Shown here: in pieces, positions 1 to 14,900 of the stretch
Layout of the letters: every line of letters starts with the position of its first letter
Numbering within the stretch: position 1 is the stretch's first letter
Assembly: GCA_964057225.1 (NCBI GenBank)
Contig: OZ059899.1
Coordinates: 434,001 to 498,000 of the forward strand
Reading direction: 5' to 3'
DNA length: 64,000 bases
From: Auanema rhodensis
Lineage: Eukaryota > Animalia > Nematoda
Position numbers and translations under genes: made by a program
The notes under the pieces: model-generated
Told to the model about the DNA's origin: nothing
What the model saw: the letters and a program-made list of their open reading frames with translations, nothing else
Databases searched by the model: none

Positions 1-3000
1 TTACCATGCACCAATATCAATAAAAATTTGTTTTTAGACTAATATGGACATGGGGAATCTAATTTTGAAAACCGCATCTCTTTATCTTTCACGTGAAGCG
101 AGTTACATACCAAGGGCACATCACGTGTACATTTAATTAGCATAAATTAAAGTTCACGTAAATTTCAAAGTCATGGTTACCATGCACCAATATCAATAAA
201 AATTTGTTTTTAGACTAATATGGACATGGGGAATCTAATTTTGAAAACCGCATCTCTTTATCTTTCACGTGAAGCGAGTTACATACCAAGTGCACATCAC
301 GTGTACATTTAATTAGCATAAATTAAAGTTCACGTAAATTTCAAAGTCATGGTTACCATGAACCAATATCAATAAAAATTTGTTTTTAGACTAATATGGA
401 CATGGGGAATCTAATGTTGAAAACCGCATATCTTTATCTTTCACGTGAAGCGAGTTACATACCAAGGGCACATCACGTGTACATTTAATTAGCATAAATT
501 AAAGTTCACGTAAATTTCAAAGTCATGGTTACCATGCACAAATATCAATAAAAATTTGTTTTTAGACTAATATGGACATGGGGAATCTAATTTTGAAAAC
601 CGCATCTCTTTATCGTTCACGTGAAGCGAGTTACATACCAAGTGCACATCACGTGTACATTTAATTAGCATAAATTAAAGTTCACGTAAATTTCAAAGTC
701 ATGGTTACCATGAACCAATATCAATAAAAATTTGTTTTTAGACTAATATGGACATGGGGAATCTAATTTTGAAAACCGCATCTCTTTATCGTTCACGTGA
801 AGCGAGTTACATACCAAGTGCACATCACGTGTACATTTAATTAGCATAAATTAAAGTTCACGTAAATTTCAAAGTCATGGTTACCATGCACCAATATCAA
901 TAAAAATTTGTTTTTAGACTAATATGGACATGGGGAATCTAATTTTGAAAACCGCATCTCTTTATCTTTCACGTGAAGCGAGTTACACACCAAGTGCACA
1001 TCACGTGTACATTTAATTAGCATAAATTAAAGTTCACGTAAATTTCAAAGTCATGGTTACCATGCACCAATATCAATAAAAATTTGTTTTTAGACTAATA
1101 TGGACATGGGGAATCTAATTTTGAAAACCGCATCTCTTTATCTTTCACGTGAAGCGAGTTACATACCAAGTGCACATCACGTGTACATTTAATTAGCATA
1201 AATTAAAGTTCACGTAAATTTCAAAGTCATGGTTACCATGAACCAATATCAATAAAAATTTGTTTTTAGACTAATATGGACATGGGGAATCTAATGTTGA
1301 AAACCGCATCTCTTTATCTTTCACGTGAAGCGAGTTACATACCAAGGGCACATCACGTGTACATTTAATTAGCATAAATTAAAGTTCACGTAAATTTCAA
1401 AGTCATGGTTACCATGCACAAATATCAATAAAAATTTGTTTTTAGACTAATATGGACATGGGGAATCTAATTTTGAAAACCGCATCTCTTTATCGTTCAC
1501 GTGAAGCGAGTTACATACCAAGTGCACATCACGTGTACATTTAATTAGCATAAATTAAAGTTCACGTAAATTTCAAAGTCATGGTTACCATGAACCAATA
1601 TCAATAAAAATTTGTTTTTAGACTAATATGGACATGGGGAATCTAATTTTGAAAACCGCATCTCTTTATCGTTCACGTGAAGCGAGTTACATACCAAGTG
1701 CACATCACGTGTACATTTAATTAGCATAAATTAAAGTTCACGTAAATTTCAAAGTCATGGTTACCATGCACCAATATCAATAAAAATTTGTTTTTAGACT
1801 AATATGGACATGGGGAATCTAATTTTGGAAACCGAATCTCTTTATCTTTCACGTGAAGCGAGTTACATACCAAGTGCACATCACGTGTACATTTAATTAG
1901 CATAAATTAAAGTTCACGTAAATTTCAAAGTCATGGTTACCATGAACCAATATCAATAAAAATTTGTTTTTAGACTAATATGGACATGGGGAATCTAATT
2001 TTGAAAACCGCATCTCTTTATCTTTCACGTGAAGCGAGTTACATACCAAGGGCACATCACGTGTACATTTAATTAGCATAAATTAAAGTTCACGTAAATT
2101 TCAAAGTCATGGTTACCATGCACCAATATCAATAAAAATTTGTTTTTAGACTAATATGAACATGGGGAATCTAATTTTGAAAACCGCATCTCTTTATCTT
2201 TCACGTGAAGCGAGTTACACACCAAGTGCACATCACGTGTACATTTAATTAGCATAAATTAAAGTTCACGTAAATTTCAAAGTCATGGTTACCATGAACC
2301 AATATCAATGAATATTTGTTTTTAGACTAATATGGACATGGGGAATCTAATTTTGAGAACCGCATCTCTTTATCTTTCACGTGAAGCGAGTTACATACCA
2401 AGTGCACATCACGTGTACATTTAATTAGCATAAATGAAAGTTCACGTGAATTTCAAAGTCATGGTTACCATGCACAAATATCAATAAAAATTTGTTTTTA
2501 GACTAATATGGACATGGGGAATCTAATTTTGAAAACCGCATCTCTTTATCTTTCACGTGAAGCGAGTTACATACCAAGGGCACATCACGTGTACATTTAA
2601 TTAGCATAAATTAAAGTTCACGTAAATTTCAAAGTCATGGTTACCATGCACCAATATCAATAAAAATTTGTTTTTAGACTAATATGGACATGGGGAATCT
2701 AATTTTGAAAACCGCATCTCTTTATCTTTCACGTGAAGCGAGTTACATACCAAGGGCACATCACGTGTACATTTAATTAGCATAAATTAAAGTTCACGTA
2801 AATTTCAAAGTCATGGTTACCATGCACCAATATCAATAAAAATTTGTTTTTAGACTAATATGGACATGGGGAATCTAATTTTGAAAACCGCATCTCTTTA
2901 TCTTTCACGTGAAGCGAGTTACATACCAAGTGCACATCACGTGTACATTTAATTAGCATAAATTAAAGTTCACGTAAATTTCAAAGTCATGGTTACCATG

Positions 3001-6000
3001 AACCAATATCAATAAAAATTTGTTTTTAGACTAATATGGACATGGGGAATCTAATGTTGAAAACCGCATCTCTTTATCTTTCACGTGAAGCGAGTTACAT
3101 ACCAAGTGCACATCACGTGTACATTTAATTAGCATAAATTAAAGTTCACGTAAATTTCAAAGTCATGGTTACCATGAACCAATATCAATAAAAATTTGTT
3201 TTTAGACTAATATGGACATGGGGAATCTAATTTTGAAAACCGCATCTCTTTATCTTTCACGTGAAGCGAGTTACATACCAAGTGCACATCACGTGTACAT
3301 TTAATTAGCATAAATTAAAGTTCACGTAAATTTCAAAGTCATGGTTACCATGAACCAATATCAATAAAAATTTGTTTTTAGACTAATATGGACATGGGGA
3401 ATCTAATTTTGAAAACCGCATCTCTTTATCGTTCACGTGAAGCGAGTTACATACCAAGTGCACATCACGTGTACATTTAATTAGCATAAATTAAAGTTCA
3501 CGTAAATTTCAAAGTCATGGTTACCATGCACCAATATCAATAAAAATTTGTTTTTAGACTAATATGGACATGGGGAATCTAATTTTGGAAACCGAATCTC
3601 TTTATCTTTCACGTGAAGCGAGTTACATACCAAGTGCACATCACGTGTACATTTAATTAGCATAAATTAAAGTTCACGTAAATTTCAAAGTCATGGTTAC
3701 CATGAACCAATATCAATAAAAATTTGTTTTTAGACTAATATGGACATGGGGAATCTAATTTTGAAAACCGCATCTCTTTATCTTTCACGTGAAGCGAGTT
3801 ACATACCAAGTGCACATCACGTGTACATTTAATTAGCATAAATTAAAGTTCACGTGAATTTCAAAGTCATGGTTACCATGCACAAATATTAATAAAAATT
3901 TGTTTTTAGACTAATATGGACATGGGGAATCTAATTTTGAAAACCGCATCTCTTTATCTTTCACGTGAAGCGAGTTACATACCAAGTGCACATCACGTGT
4001 ACATTTAATTAGCATAAATTAAAGTTCACGTAAATTTCAAAGTCATGGTTACCATGAACCAATATCAATAAAAATTTGTTTTTAGACTAATATGGACATG
4101 GGGAATCTAATTTTGAAAACCGCATCTCTTTATCTTTCACGTGAAGCGAGTTACATACCAAGTGCACATCACGTGTACATTTAATTAGCATAAATTAAAG
4201 TTCACGTAAATTTCAAAGTCATGGTTACCATGAACCAATATCAATAAAAATTTGTTTTTAGACTAATATGGACATGGGGAATCTAATTTTGAAAACCGCA
4301 TCTCTTTATCGTTCACGTGAAGCGAGTTACATACCAAGTGCACATCACGTGTACATTTAATTAGCATAAATTAAAGTTCACGTAAATTTCAAAGTCATGG
4401 TTACCATGCACCAATATCAATAAAAATTTGTTTTTAGACTAATATGGACATGGGGAATCTAATTTTGGAAACCGAATCTCTTTATCTTTCACGTGAAGCG
4501 AGTTACATACCAAGTGCACATCACGTGTACATTTAATTAGCATAAATTGAAGTTCACGTAAATTTCAAAGTCATGGTTACCATGAACCAATATCAATAAA
4601 AATTTGTTTTTAGACTAATATGGACATGGGGAATCTAATTTTGAAAACCGCATCTCTTTATCTTTTACGTGAAGCGAGTTACATACCAAGTGCACATCAC
4701 GTGTACATTTAATTAGCATAAATTAAAGTTCACGTAAATTTCAAAGTCATGGTTACCATGCACCAATATCAATAAAAATTTGTTTTTAGACTAATATGGA
4801 CATGGGGAATCTAATTTTGAAAACCGCATCTCTTTATCTTTCACGTGAAGCGAGTTACATACCAAGGGCACATCACGTGTACATTTAATTAGCATAAATT
4901 AAAGTTCACGTAAATTTCAAAGTCATGGTTACCATGCACCAATATCAATAAAAATTTGTTTTTAGACTAATATGGACATGGGGAATCTAATTTTGAAAAC
5001 CGCATCTCTTTATCTTTCACGTGAAGCGAGTTACATACCAAGTGCACATCACGTGTACATTTAATTAGCATAAATTAAAGTTCACGTAAATTTCAAAGTC
5101 ATGGTTACCATGCACCAATATCAATAAAAATTTGTTTTTAGACTAATATGGACATGGGGAATCTAATTTTGAAAACCGCATCTCTTTATCGTTCACGTGA
5201 AGCGAGTTACATACCAAGGGCACATCACGTGTACATTTAATTAGCATAAATTAAAGTTCACGTAAATTTCAAAGTCATGGTTACCATGCACCAATATCAA
5301 TAAAAATTTGTTTTTAGACTAATATGGACATGGGGAATCTAATTTTGGAAACCGAATCTCTTTATCTTTCACGTGAAGCGAGTTACATACCAAGTGCACA
5401 TCACGTGTACATTTAATTAGCATAAATTAAAGTTCACGTAAATTTCAAAGTCATGGTTACCATGAACCGATATCAATAAAAATTTGTTTTTAGACTAATA
5501 TGGACATGGGGAATCTAATTTTGAAAACCGCATCTCTTTATCTTTCACGTGAAGCGAGTTACATACCAAGTGCACATCACGTGTACATTTAATTAGCATG
5601 AATTAAAGTTCACGTGAATTTCAAAGTCATGGTTACCATGCACAAATATCAATAAAAATTTGTTTTTAGACTAATATGGACATGGGGAATCTAATTTTGA
5701 AAACCGCATCTCTTTATCTTTCACGTGAAGCGAGTTACATACCAAGTGCACATCACGTGTACATTTAATTAGCATAAATTAAAGTTCACGTAAATTTCAA
5801 AGTCATGGTTACCATGAACCAATATCAATAAAAATTTGTTTTTAGACTAATATGGACATGGGGAATCTAATTTTGAAAACCGCATCTCTTTATCTTTCAC
5901 GTGAAGCGAGTTACATACCAAGAGCACATCACGTGTACATTTAATTAGCATAAATTAAAGTTCACGTAAATTTCAAAGTCATGGTTACCATGAACCAATA

Positions 6001-8989
6001 TCAATAAAAATTTGTTTTTAGACTAATATGGACATGGGGAATCTAATTTTGAAAACCGCATCTCTTTATCGTTCACGTGAAGCGAGTTACATACCAAGTG
6101 CACATCACGTGTACATTTAATTAGCATAAATTAAAGTTCACGTAAATTTCAAAGTCATGGTTACCATGCACCAATATCAATAAAAATTTGTTTTTAGACT
6201 AATATGGACATGGGGAATCTAATTTTGGAAACCGAATCTCTTTATCTTTCACGTGAAGCGAGTTACATACCAAGTGCACATCACGTGTACATTTAATTAG
6301 CATAAATTGAAGTTCACGTAAATTTCAAAGTCATGGTTACCATGAACCAATATCAATAAAAATTTGTTTTTAGACTAATATGGACATGGGGAATCTAATT
6401 TTGAAAACCGCATCTCTTTATCTTTCACGTGAAGCGAGTTACATACCAAGTGCACATCACGTGTACATTTAATTAGCATAAATTAAAGTTCACGTAAATT
6501 TCAAAGTCATGGTTACCATGCACCAATATCAATAAAAATTTGTTTTTAGACTAATATGGACATGGGGAATCTAATTTTGTAAACCGCATCTCTTTATCTT
6601 TCACGTGAAGCGAGTTACATACCAAGGGCACATCACGTGTACATTTAATTAGCATAAATTAAAGTTCACGTAAATTTCAAAGTCATGGTTACCATGCACC
6701 AATATCAATAAAAATTTGTTTTTAGACTAATATGGACATGGGGAATCTAATTTTGAAAACCGCATCTCTTTATCTTTCACGTGAAGCGAGTTACATACCA
6801 AGTGCACATCACGTGTACATTTAATTAGCATAAATTAAAGTTCACGTAAATTTCAAAGTCATGGTTACCATGCACCAATATCAATAAAAATTTGTTTTTA
6901 GACTAATATGGACATGGGGAATCTAATTTTGAAAACCGCATCTCTTTATCTTTCACGTGAAGCGAGTTACATACCAAGGGCACATCACGTGTACATTTAA
7001 TTAGCATAAATTAAAGTTCACGTAAATTTCAAAGTCATGGTTACCATGCACCAATATCAATAAAAATTTGTTTTTAGACTAATATGGACATGGGGAATCT
7101 AATTTTGAAAACCGCATCTCTTTATCTTTTACGTGAAGCGAGTTACATACCAAGTGCACATCACGTGTACATTTAATTAGCATAAATTAAAGTTCACGTA
7201 AATTTCAAAGTCATGGTTACCATGCACCAATATCAATAAAAATTTGTTTTTAGACTAATATGGACATGGGGAATCTAATTTTGAAAACCGCATCTCTTTA
7301 TCTTTCACGTGAAGCGAGTTACATACCAAGGGCACATCACGTGTACATTTAATTAGCATAAATTAAAGTTCACGTAAATTTCAAAGTCATGGTTACCATG
7401 CACCAATATCAATAAAAATTTGTTTTTAGACTAATATGGACATGGGGAATCTAATTTTGGAAACCGAATCTCTTTATCTTTCACGTGAAGCGAGTTACAT
7501 ACCAAGGGCACATCACGTGTACATTTAATTAGCATAAATTAAAGTTCACGTAAATTTCAAAGTCATGGTTACCATGCACCAATATCAATAAAAATTTGTT
7601 TTTAGACTAATATGGACATGGGGAATCTAATTTTGGAAACCGAATCTCTTTATCTTTCACGTGAAGCGAGTTACATACCAAGTGCACATCACGTGTACAT
7701 TTAATTAGCATAAATTAAAGTTCACGTAAATTTCAAAGTCATGGTTACCATGCACCAATATCAATAAAAATTTGTTTTTAGACTAATATGGACATGGGGA
7801 ATCTAATTTTGAAAACCGCATCTCTTTATCTTTCACGTGAAGCGAGTTACATACCAAGGGCACATCACGTGTACATTTAATTAGCATAAATTAAAGTTCA
7901 CGTAAATTTCAAAGTCATGGTTACCATGAACCAATATCAATAAAAATTTGTTTTTAGACTAATATGGACATGGGGAATCTAATTTTGAAAACCGCATCTC
8001 TTTATCTTTCACGTGAAGCGAGTTACATACCAAGTGCACATCACGTGTACATTTAATTAGCATAAATTAAAGTTCACGTAAATTTCAAAGTCATGGTTAC
8101 CATGAACCAATATCAATAAAAATTTGTTTTTAGACTAATATGGACATGGGGAATCTAATTTTGAAAACCGCATCTCTTTATCTTTCACGTGAAGCGAGTT
8201 ACATACCAAGTGCACATCACGTGTACATTTAATTAGCATAAATTAAAGTTCACGTGAATTTCAAAGTCATGGTTACCATGCACAAATATCAATAAAAATT
8301 TGTTTTTAGACTAATATGGACATGGGGAATCTAATTTTGAAAACCGCATCTCTTTATCTTTCACGTGAAGCGAGTTACATACCAAGGGCACATCACGTGT
8401 ACATTTAATTAGCATAAATTAAAGTTCACGTAAATTTCAAAGTCATGGTTACCATGAACCAATATCAATAAAAATTTGTTTTTAGACTAATATGGACATG
8501 GGGAATCTAATTTTGAAAACCGCATCTCTTTATCTCTCACGTGAAGCGAGTTACATACCAAGGGCACATCACGTGTACATTTAATTAGCATAAATTGAAG
8601 TTCACGTAAATTTCAAAGTCATGGTTACCATGAACCAATATCAATAAAAATTTGTTTTTAGACTAATATGGACATGGGGAATCTAATTTTGAAAACCGCA
8701 TCTCTTTATCTTTCACGTGAAGCGAGTTACATACCAAGTGCACATCACGTGTACATTTAATTAGCATAAATTAAAGTTCACGTAAATTTCAAAGTCATGG
8801 TTACCATGAACCAATATCAATAAAAATTTGTTTTTAGACTAATATGGACATGGGGAATCTAATTTTGAAAACCGCATCTCTTTATCTTTCACGTGAAGCG
8901 AGTTACATACCAAGGGCACATCACGTGTACATTTAATTAGCATAAATTAAAGTTCACGTAAATTTCAAAGTCATGGTTACCATGCACAA

Positions 8990-11900
8990 ATATCAATAAA
9001 AATTTGTTTTTAGACTAATATGGACATGGGGAATCTAATTTTGAAAACCGCATCTCTTTATCTTTCACGTGAAGCGAGTTACATACCAAGTGCACATCAC
9101 GTGTACATTTAATTAGCATAAATTAAAGTTCACGTAAATTTCAAAGTCATGGTTACCATGCACCAATATCAATAAAAATTTGTTTTTAGACTAATATGGA
9201 CATGGGGAATCTAATTTTGGAAACCGAATCTCTTTATCTTTCACGTGAAGCGAGTTACATACCAAGTGCACATCACGTGTACATTTAATTAGCATAAATT
9301 AAAGTTCACGTAAATTTCAAAGTCATGGTTACCATGAACCAATATCAATAAAAATTTGTTTTTAGACTAATATGGACATGGGGAATCTAATTTTGAAAAC
9401 CGCATCTCTTTATCGTTCACGTGAAGCGAGTTACATACCAAGTGCACATCACGTGTACATTTAATTAGCATAAATTAAAGTTCACGTAAATTTCAAAGTC
9501 ATGGTTACCATGCACCAATATCAATAAAAATTTGTTTTTAGACTAATATGGACATGGGGAATCTAATTTTGGAAACCGAATCTCTTTATCTTTCACGTGA
9601 AGCGAGTTACATACCAAGTGCACATCACGTGTACATTTAATTAGCATAAATTGAAGTTCACGTAAATTTCAAAGTCATGGTTACCATGAACCAATATCAA
9701 TAAAAATTTGTTTTTAGACTAATATGGACATGGGGAATCTAATTTTGAAAACCGCATCTCTTTATCTTTCACGTGAAGCGAGTTACATACCAAGTGCACA
9801 TCACGTGTACATTTAATTAGCATAAATTAAAGTTCACGTAAATTTCAAAGTCATGGTTACCATGCACCAATATCAATAAAAATTTTTTTTTAGACTAATA
9901 TGGACATGGGGAATCTAATTTTGAAAACCGCATCTCTTTATCTTTCACGTGAAGCGAGTTACATACCAAGTGCACATCACGTGTACATTTAATTAGCATA
10001 AATTAAAGTTCACGTAAATTTCAAAGTCATGGTTACCAAACACCAATATCAATAAAAATTTGTTTTTAGACTAATATGGACATGGGGAATCTAATTTTGA
10101 AAACCGCATCTCTTTATCTTTCACGTGAAGCGAGTTACATACCAAGGGCACATCACGTGTACATTTAATTAGCATAAATTAAAGTTCACGTAAATTTCAA
10201 AGTCATGGTTACCATGCACCAATATCAATAAAAATTTGTTTTTAGACTAATATGGACATGGGGAATCTAATTTTGAAAACCGCATCTCTTTATCTTTCAC
10301 GTGAAGCGAGTTACATACCAAGTGCACATCACGTGTACATTTAATTAGCATAAATTAAAGTTCACGTAAATTTCAAAGTCATGGTTACCATGAACCAATA
10401 TCAATAAAAATTTGTTTTTAGACTAATATGGACATGGGGAATCTAATTTTGAAAACCGCATCTCTTTATCTTTCACGTGAAGCGAGTTACATACCAAGGG
10501 CACATCACGTGTACATTTAATTAGCATAAATTAAAGTTCACGTAAATTTCAAAGTCATGGTTACCATGCACCAATATCAATAAAAATTTGTTTTTAGACT
10601 AATATGGACATGGGGAATCTAATTTTGAAAACCGCATCTCTTTATCTTTCACGTGAAGCGAGTTACATACCAAGGGCACATCACGTGTACATTTAATTAG
10701 CATAAATTAAAGTTCACGTAAATTTCAAAGTCATGGTTACCATGCACCAATATCAATAAAAATTTGTTTTTAGACTAATATGGACATGGGGAATCTAATT
10801 TTGGAAACCGAATCTCTTTATCTTTCACGTGAAGCGAGTTACATACCAAGTGCACATCACGTGTACATTTAATTAGCATAAATTAAAGTTCACGTAAATT
10901 TCAAAGTCATGGTTACCATGCACCAATATCAATAAAAATTTGTTTTTAGACTAATATGGACATGGGGAATCTAATTTTGAAAACCGCATCTCTTTATCTT
11001 TCACGTGAAGCGAGTTACATACCAAGGGCACATCACGTGTACATTTAATTAGCATAAATTAAAGTTCACGTAAATTTCAAAGTCATGGTTACCATGCACC
11101 AATATCAATAAAAATTTGTTTTTAGACTAATATGGACATGGGGAATCTAATTTTGAAAACCGCATCTCTTTATCTTTCACGTGAAGCGAGTTACATACCA
11201 AGGGCACATCACGTGTACATTTAATTAGCATAAATTAAAGTTCACGTAAATTTCAAAGTCATGGTTACCATGCACTAATATCAATAAAAATTTGTTTTTA
11301 GACTAATATGGACATGGGGAATCTAATTTTGAAAACCGCATCTCTTTATCTTTCACGTGAAGCGAGTTACATACCAAGGGCACATCACGTGTACATTTAA
11401 TTAGCATAAATTAAAGTTCACGTAAATTTCAAAGTCATGGTTACCATGCACCAATATCAATAAAAATTTGTTTTTAGACTAATATGGACATGGGGAATCT
11501 AATTTTGAAAACCGCATCTCTTTATCTTTCACGTGAAGCGAGTTACATACCAAGTGCACATCACGTGTACATTTAATTAGCATAAATTAAAGTTCACGTA
11601 AATTTCAAAGTCATGGTTACCATGAACCAATATCAATAAAAATTTGTTTTTAGACTAATATGGACATGGGGAATCTAATTTTGAAAACCGCATCTCTTTA
11701 TCTCTCACGTGAAGCGAGTTACATACCAAGGGCACATCACGTGTACATTTAATTAGCATAAATTGAAGTTCACGTAAATTTCAAAGTCATGGTTACCATG
11801 AACCAATATCAATAAAAATTTGTTTTTAGACTAATATGGACATGGGGAATCTAATTTTGAAAACCGCATCTCTTTATCTTTCACGTGAAGCGAGTTACAT

Positions 11901-14900
11901 ACCAAGTGCACATCACGTGTACATTTAATTAGCATAAATTAAAGTTCACGTAAATTTCAAAGTCATGGTTACCATGAACCAATATCAATAAAAATTTGTT
12001 TTTAGACTAATATGGACATGGGGAATCTAATTTTGAAAACCGCATCTCTTTATCTTTCACGTGAAGCGAGTTACATACCAAGTGCACATCACGTGTACAT
12101 TTAATTAGCATAAATTAAAGTTCACGTGAATTTCAAAGTCATGGTTACCATGCACAAATATCAATAAAAATTTGTTTTTAGACTAATATGGACATGGGGA
12201 ATCTAATTTTGAAAACCGCATCTCTTTATCTTTCACGTGAAGCGAGTTACATACCAAGTGCACATCACGTGTACATTTAATTAGCATAAATTAAAGTTCA
12301 CGTAAATTTCAAAGTCATGGTTACCATGAACCAATATCAATAAAAATTTGTTTTTAGACTAATATGGACATGGGTAATCTAATTTTGAAAACCGCATCTC
12401 TTTATCTTTCACGTGAAGCGAGTTACATACCAAGTGCACATCACGTGTACATTTAATTAGCATAAATTAAAGTTCACGTAAATTTCAAAGTCATGGTTAC
12501 CATGAACCAATATCAATAAAAATTTGTTTTTAGACTAATATGGACATGGGGAATCTAATTTTGAAAACCGCATCTCTTTATCTTTCACGTGAAGCGAGTT
12601 ACATACCAAGTGCATATCACGTGTACATTTAATTAGCATAAATTAAAGTTCACGTAAATTTCAAAGTCATGGTTACCAAGCACCAATATCAATAAAAATT
12701 TGTTTTTAGACTAATATGGACATGGGGAATCTAATTTTGAAAACCGCATCTCTTTATCTTTCACGTGAAGCGAGTTACATACCAAGGGCACATCACGTGT
12801 ACATTTAATTAGCATAAATTAAAGTTCACGTAAATTTCAAAGTCATGGTTACCATGCACCAATATCAATAAAAATTTGTTTTTAGACTAATATGGACATG
12901 GGGAATCTAATTTTGAAAACCGCATCTCTTTATCTTTCACGTGAAGCGAGTTACATACCAAGTGCACATCACGTGTACATTTAATTAGCATAAATTAAAG
13001 TTCACGTAAATTTCAAAGTCATGGTTACCATGAACCAATATCAATAAAAATTTGTTTTTAGACTAATATGGACATGGGGAATCTAATTTTGAAAACCGCA
13101 TCTCTTTATCTTTCACGTGAAGCGAGTTACATACCAAGGGCACATCACGTGTACATTTAATTAGCATAAATTAAAGTTCACGTAAATTTCAAAGTCATGG
13201 TTACCATGCACCAATATCAATAAAAATTTGTTTTTAGACTAATATGGACATGGGGAATCTAATTTTGAAAACCGCATCTCTTTATCTTTCACGTGAAGCG
13301 AGTTACATACCAAGGGCACATCACGTGTACATTTAATTAGCATAAATTAAAGTTCACGTAAATTTCAAAGTCATGGTTACCATGCACCAATATCAATAAA
13401 AATTTGTTTTTAGACTAATATGGACATGGGGAATCTAATTTTGGAAACCGAATCTCTTTATCTTTCACGTGAAGCGAGTTACATACCAAGTGCACATCAC
13501 GTGTACATTTAATTAGCATAAATTAAAGTTCACGTAAATTTCAAAGTCATGGTTACCATGCACCAATATCAATAAAAATTTGTTTTTAGACTAATATGGA
13601 CATGGGGAATCTAATTTTGAAAACCGCATCTCTTTATCTTTCACGTGAAGCGAGTTACATACCAAGGGCACATCACGTGTACATTTAATTAGCATAAATT
13701 AAAGTTCACGTAAATTTCAAAGTCATGGTTACCATGCACCAATATCAATAAAAATTTGTTTTTAGACTAATATGGACATGGGGAATCTAATTTTGAAAAC
13801 CGCATCTCTTTATCTTTCACGTGAAGCGAGTTACATACCAAGGGCACATCACGTGTACATTTAATTAGCATAAATTAAAGTTCACGTAAATTTCAAAGTC
13901 ATGGTTACCATGCACCAATATCAATAAAAATTTGTTTTTAGACTAATATGGACATGGGGAATCTAATTTTGAAAACCGCATCTCTTTATCTTTCACGTGA
14001 AGCGAGTTACATACCAAGGGCACATCACGTGTACATTTAATTAGCATAAATTAAAGTTCACGTAAATTTCAAAGTCATGGTTACCATGCACCAATATCAA
14101 TAAAAATTTGTTTTTAGACTAATATGGACATGGGGAATCTAATTTTGAAAACCGCATCTCTTTATCTTTCACGTGAAGCGAGTTACATACCAAGTGCACA
14201 TCACGTGTACATTTAATTAGCATAAATTAAAGTTCACGTAAATTTCAAAGTCATGGTTACCATGAACCAATATCAATAAAAATTTGTTTTTAGACTAATA
14301 TGGACATGGGGAATCTAATTTTGAAAACCGCATCTCTTTATCTCTCACGTGAAGCGAGTTACATACCAAGGGCACATCACGTGTACATTTAATTAGCATA
14401 AATTGAAGTTCACGTAAATTTCAAAGTCATGGTTACCATGAACCAATATCAATAAAAATTTGTTTTTAGACTAATATGGACATGGGGAATCTAATTTTGA
14501 AAACCGCATCTCTTTATCTTTCACGTGAAGCGAGTTACATACCAAGTGCACATCACGTGTACATTTAATTAGCATAAATTAAAGTTCACGTAAATTTCAA
14601 AGTCATGGTTACCATGAACCAATATCAATAAAAATTTGTTTTTAGACTAATATGGACATGGGGAATCTAATTTTGAAAACCGCATCTCTTTATCTTTCAC
14701 GTGAAGCGAGTTACATACCAAGTGCACATCACGTGTACATTTAATTAGCATAAATTAAAGTTCACGTGAATTTCAAAGTCATGGTTACCATGCACAAATA
14801 TCAATAAAAATTTGTTTTTAGACTAATATGGACATGGGGAATCTAATTTTGAAAACCGCATCTCTTTATCTTTCACGTGAAGCGAGTTACATACCAAGTG

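Noticed and set aside
1-176. Assignment to known 176-bp satellites (Brassica CentBr, honeybee AluI repeat)
   Set aside because: Only the length matches. The monomer has no AGCT or AAGCTT site and I recognise no sequence similarity; a database search is needed.
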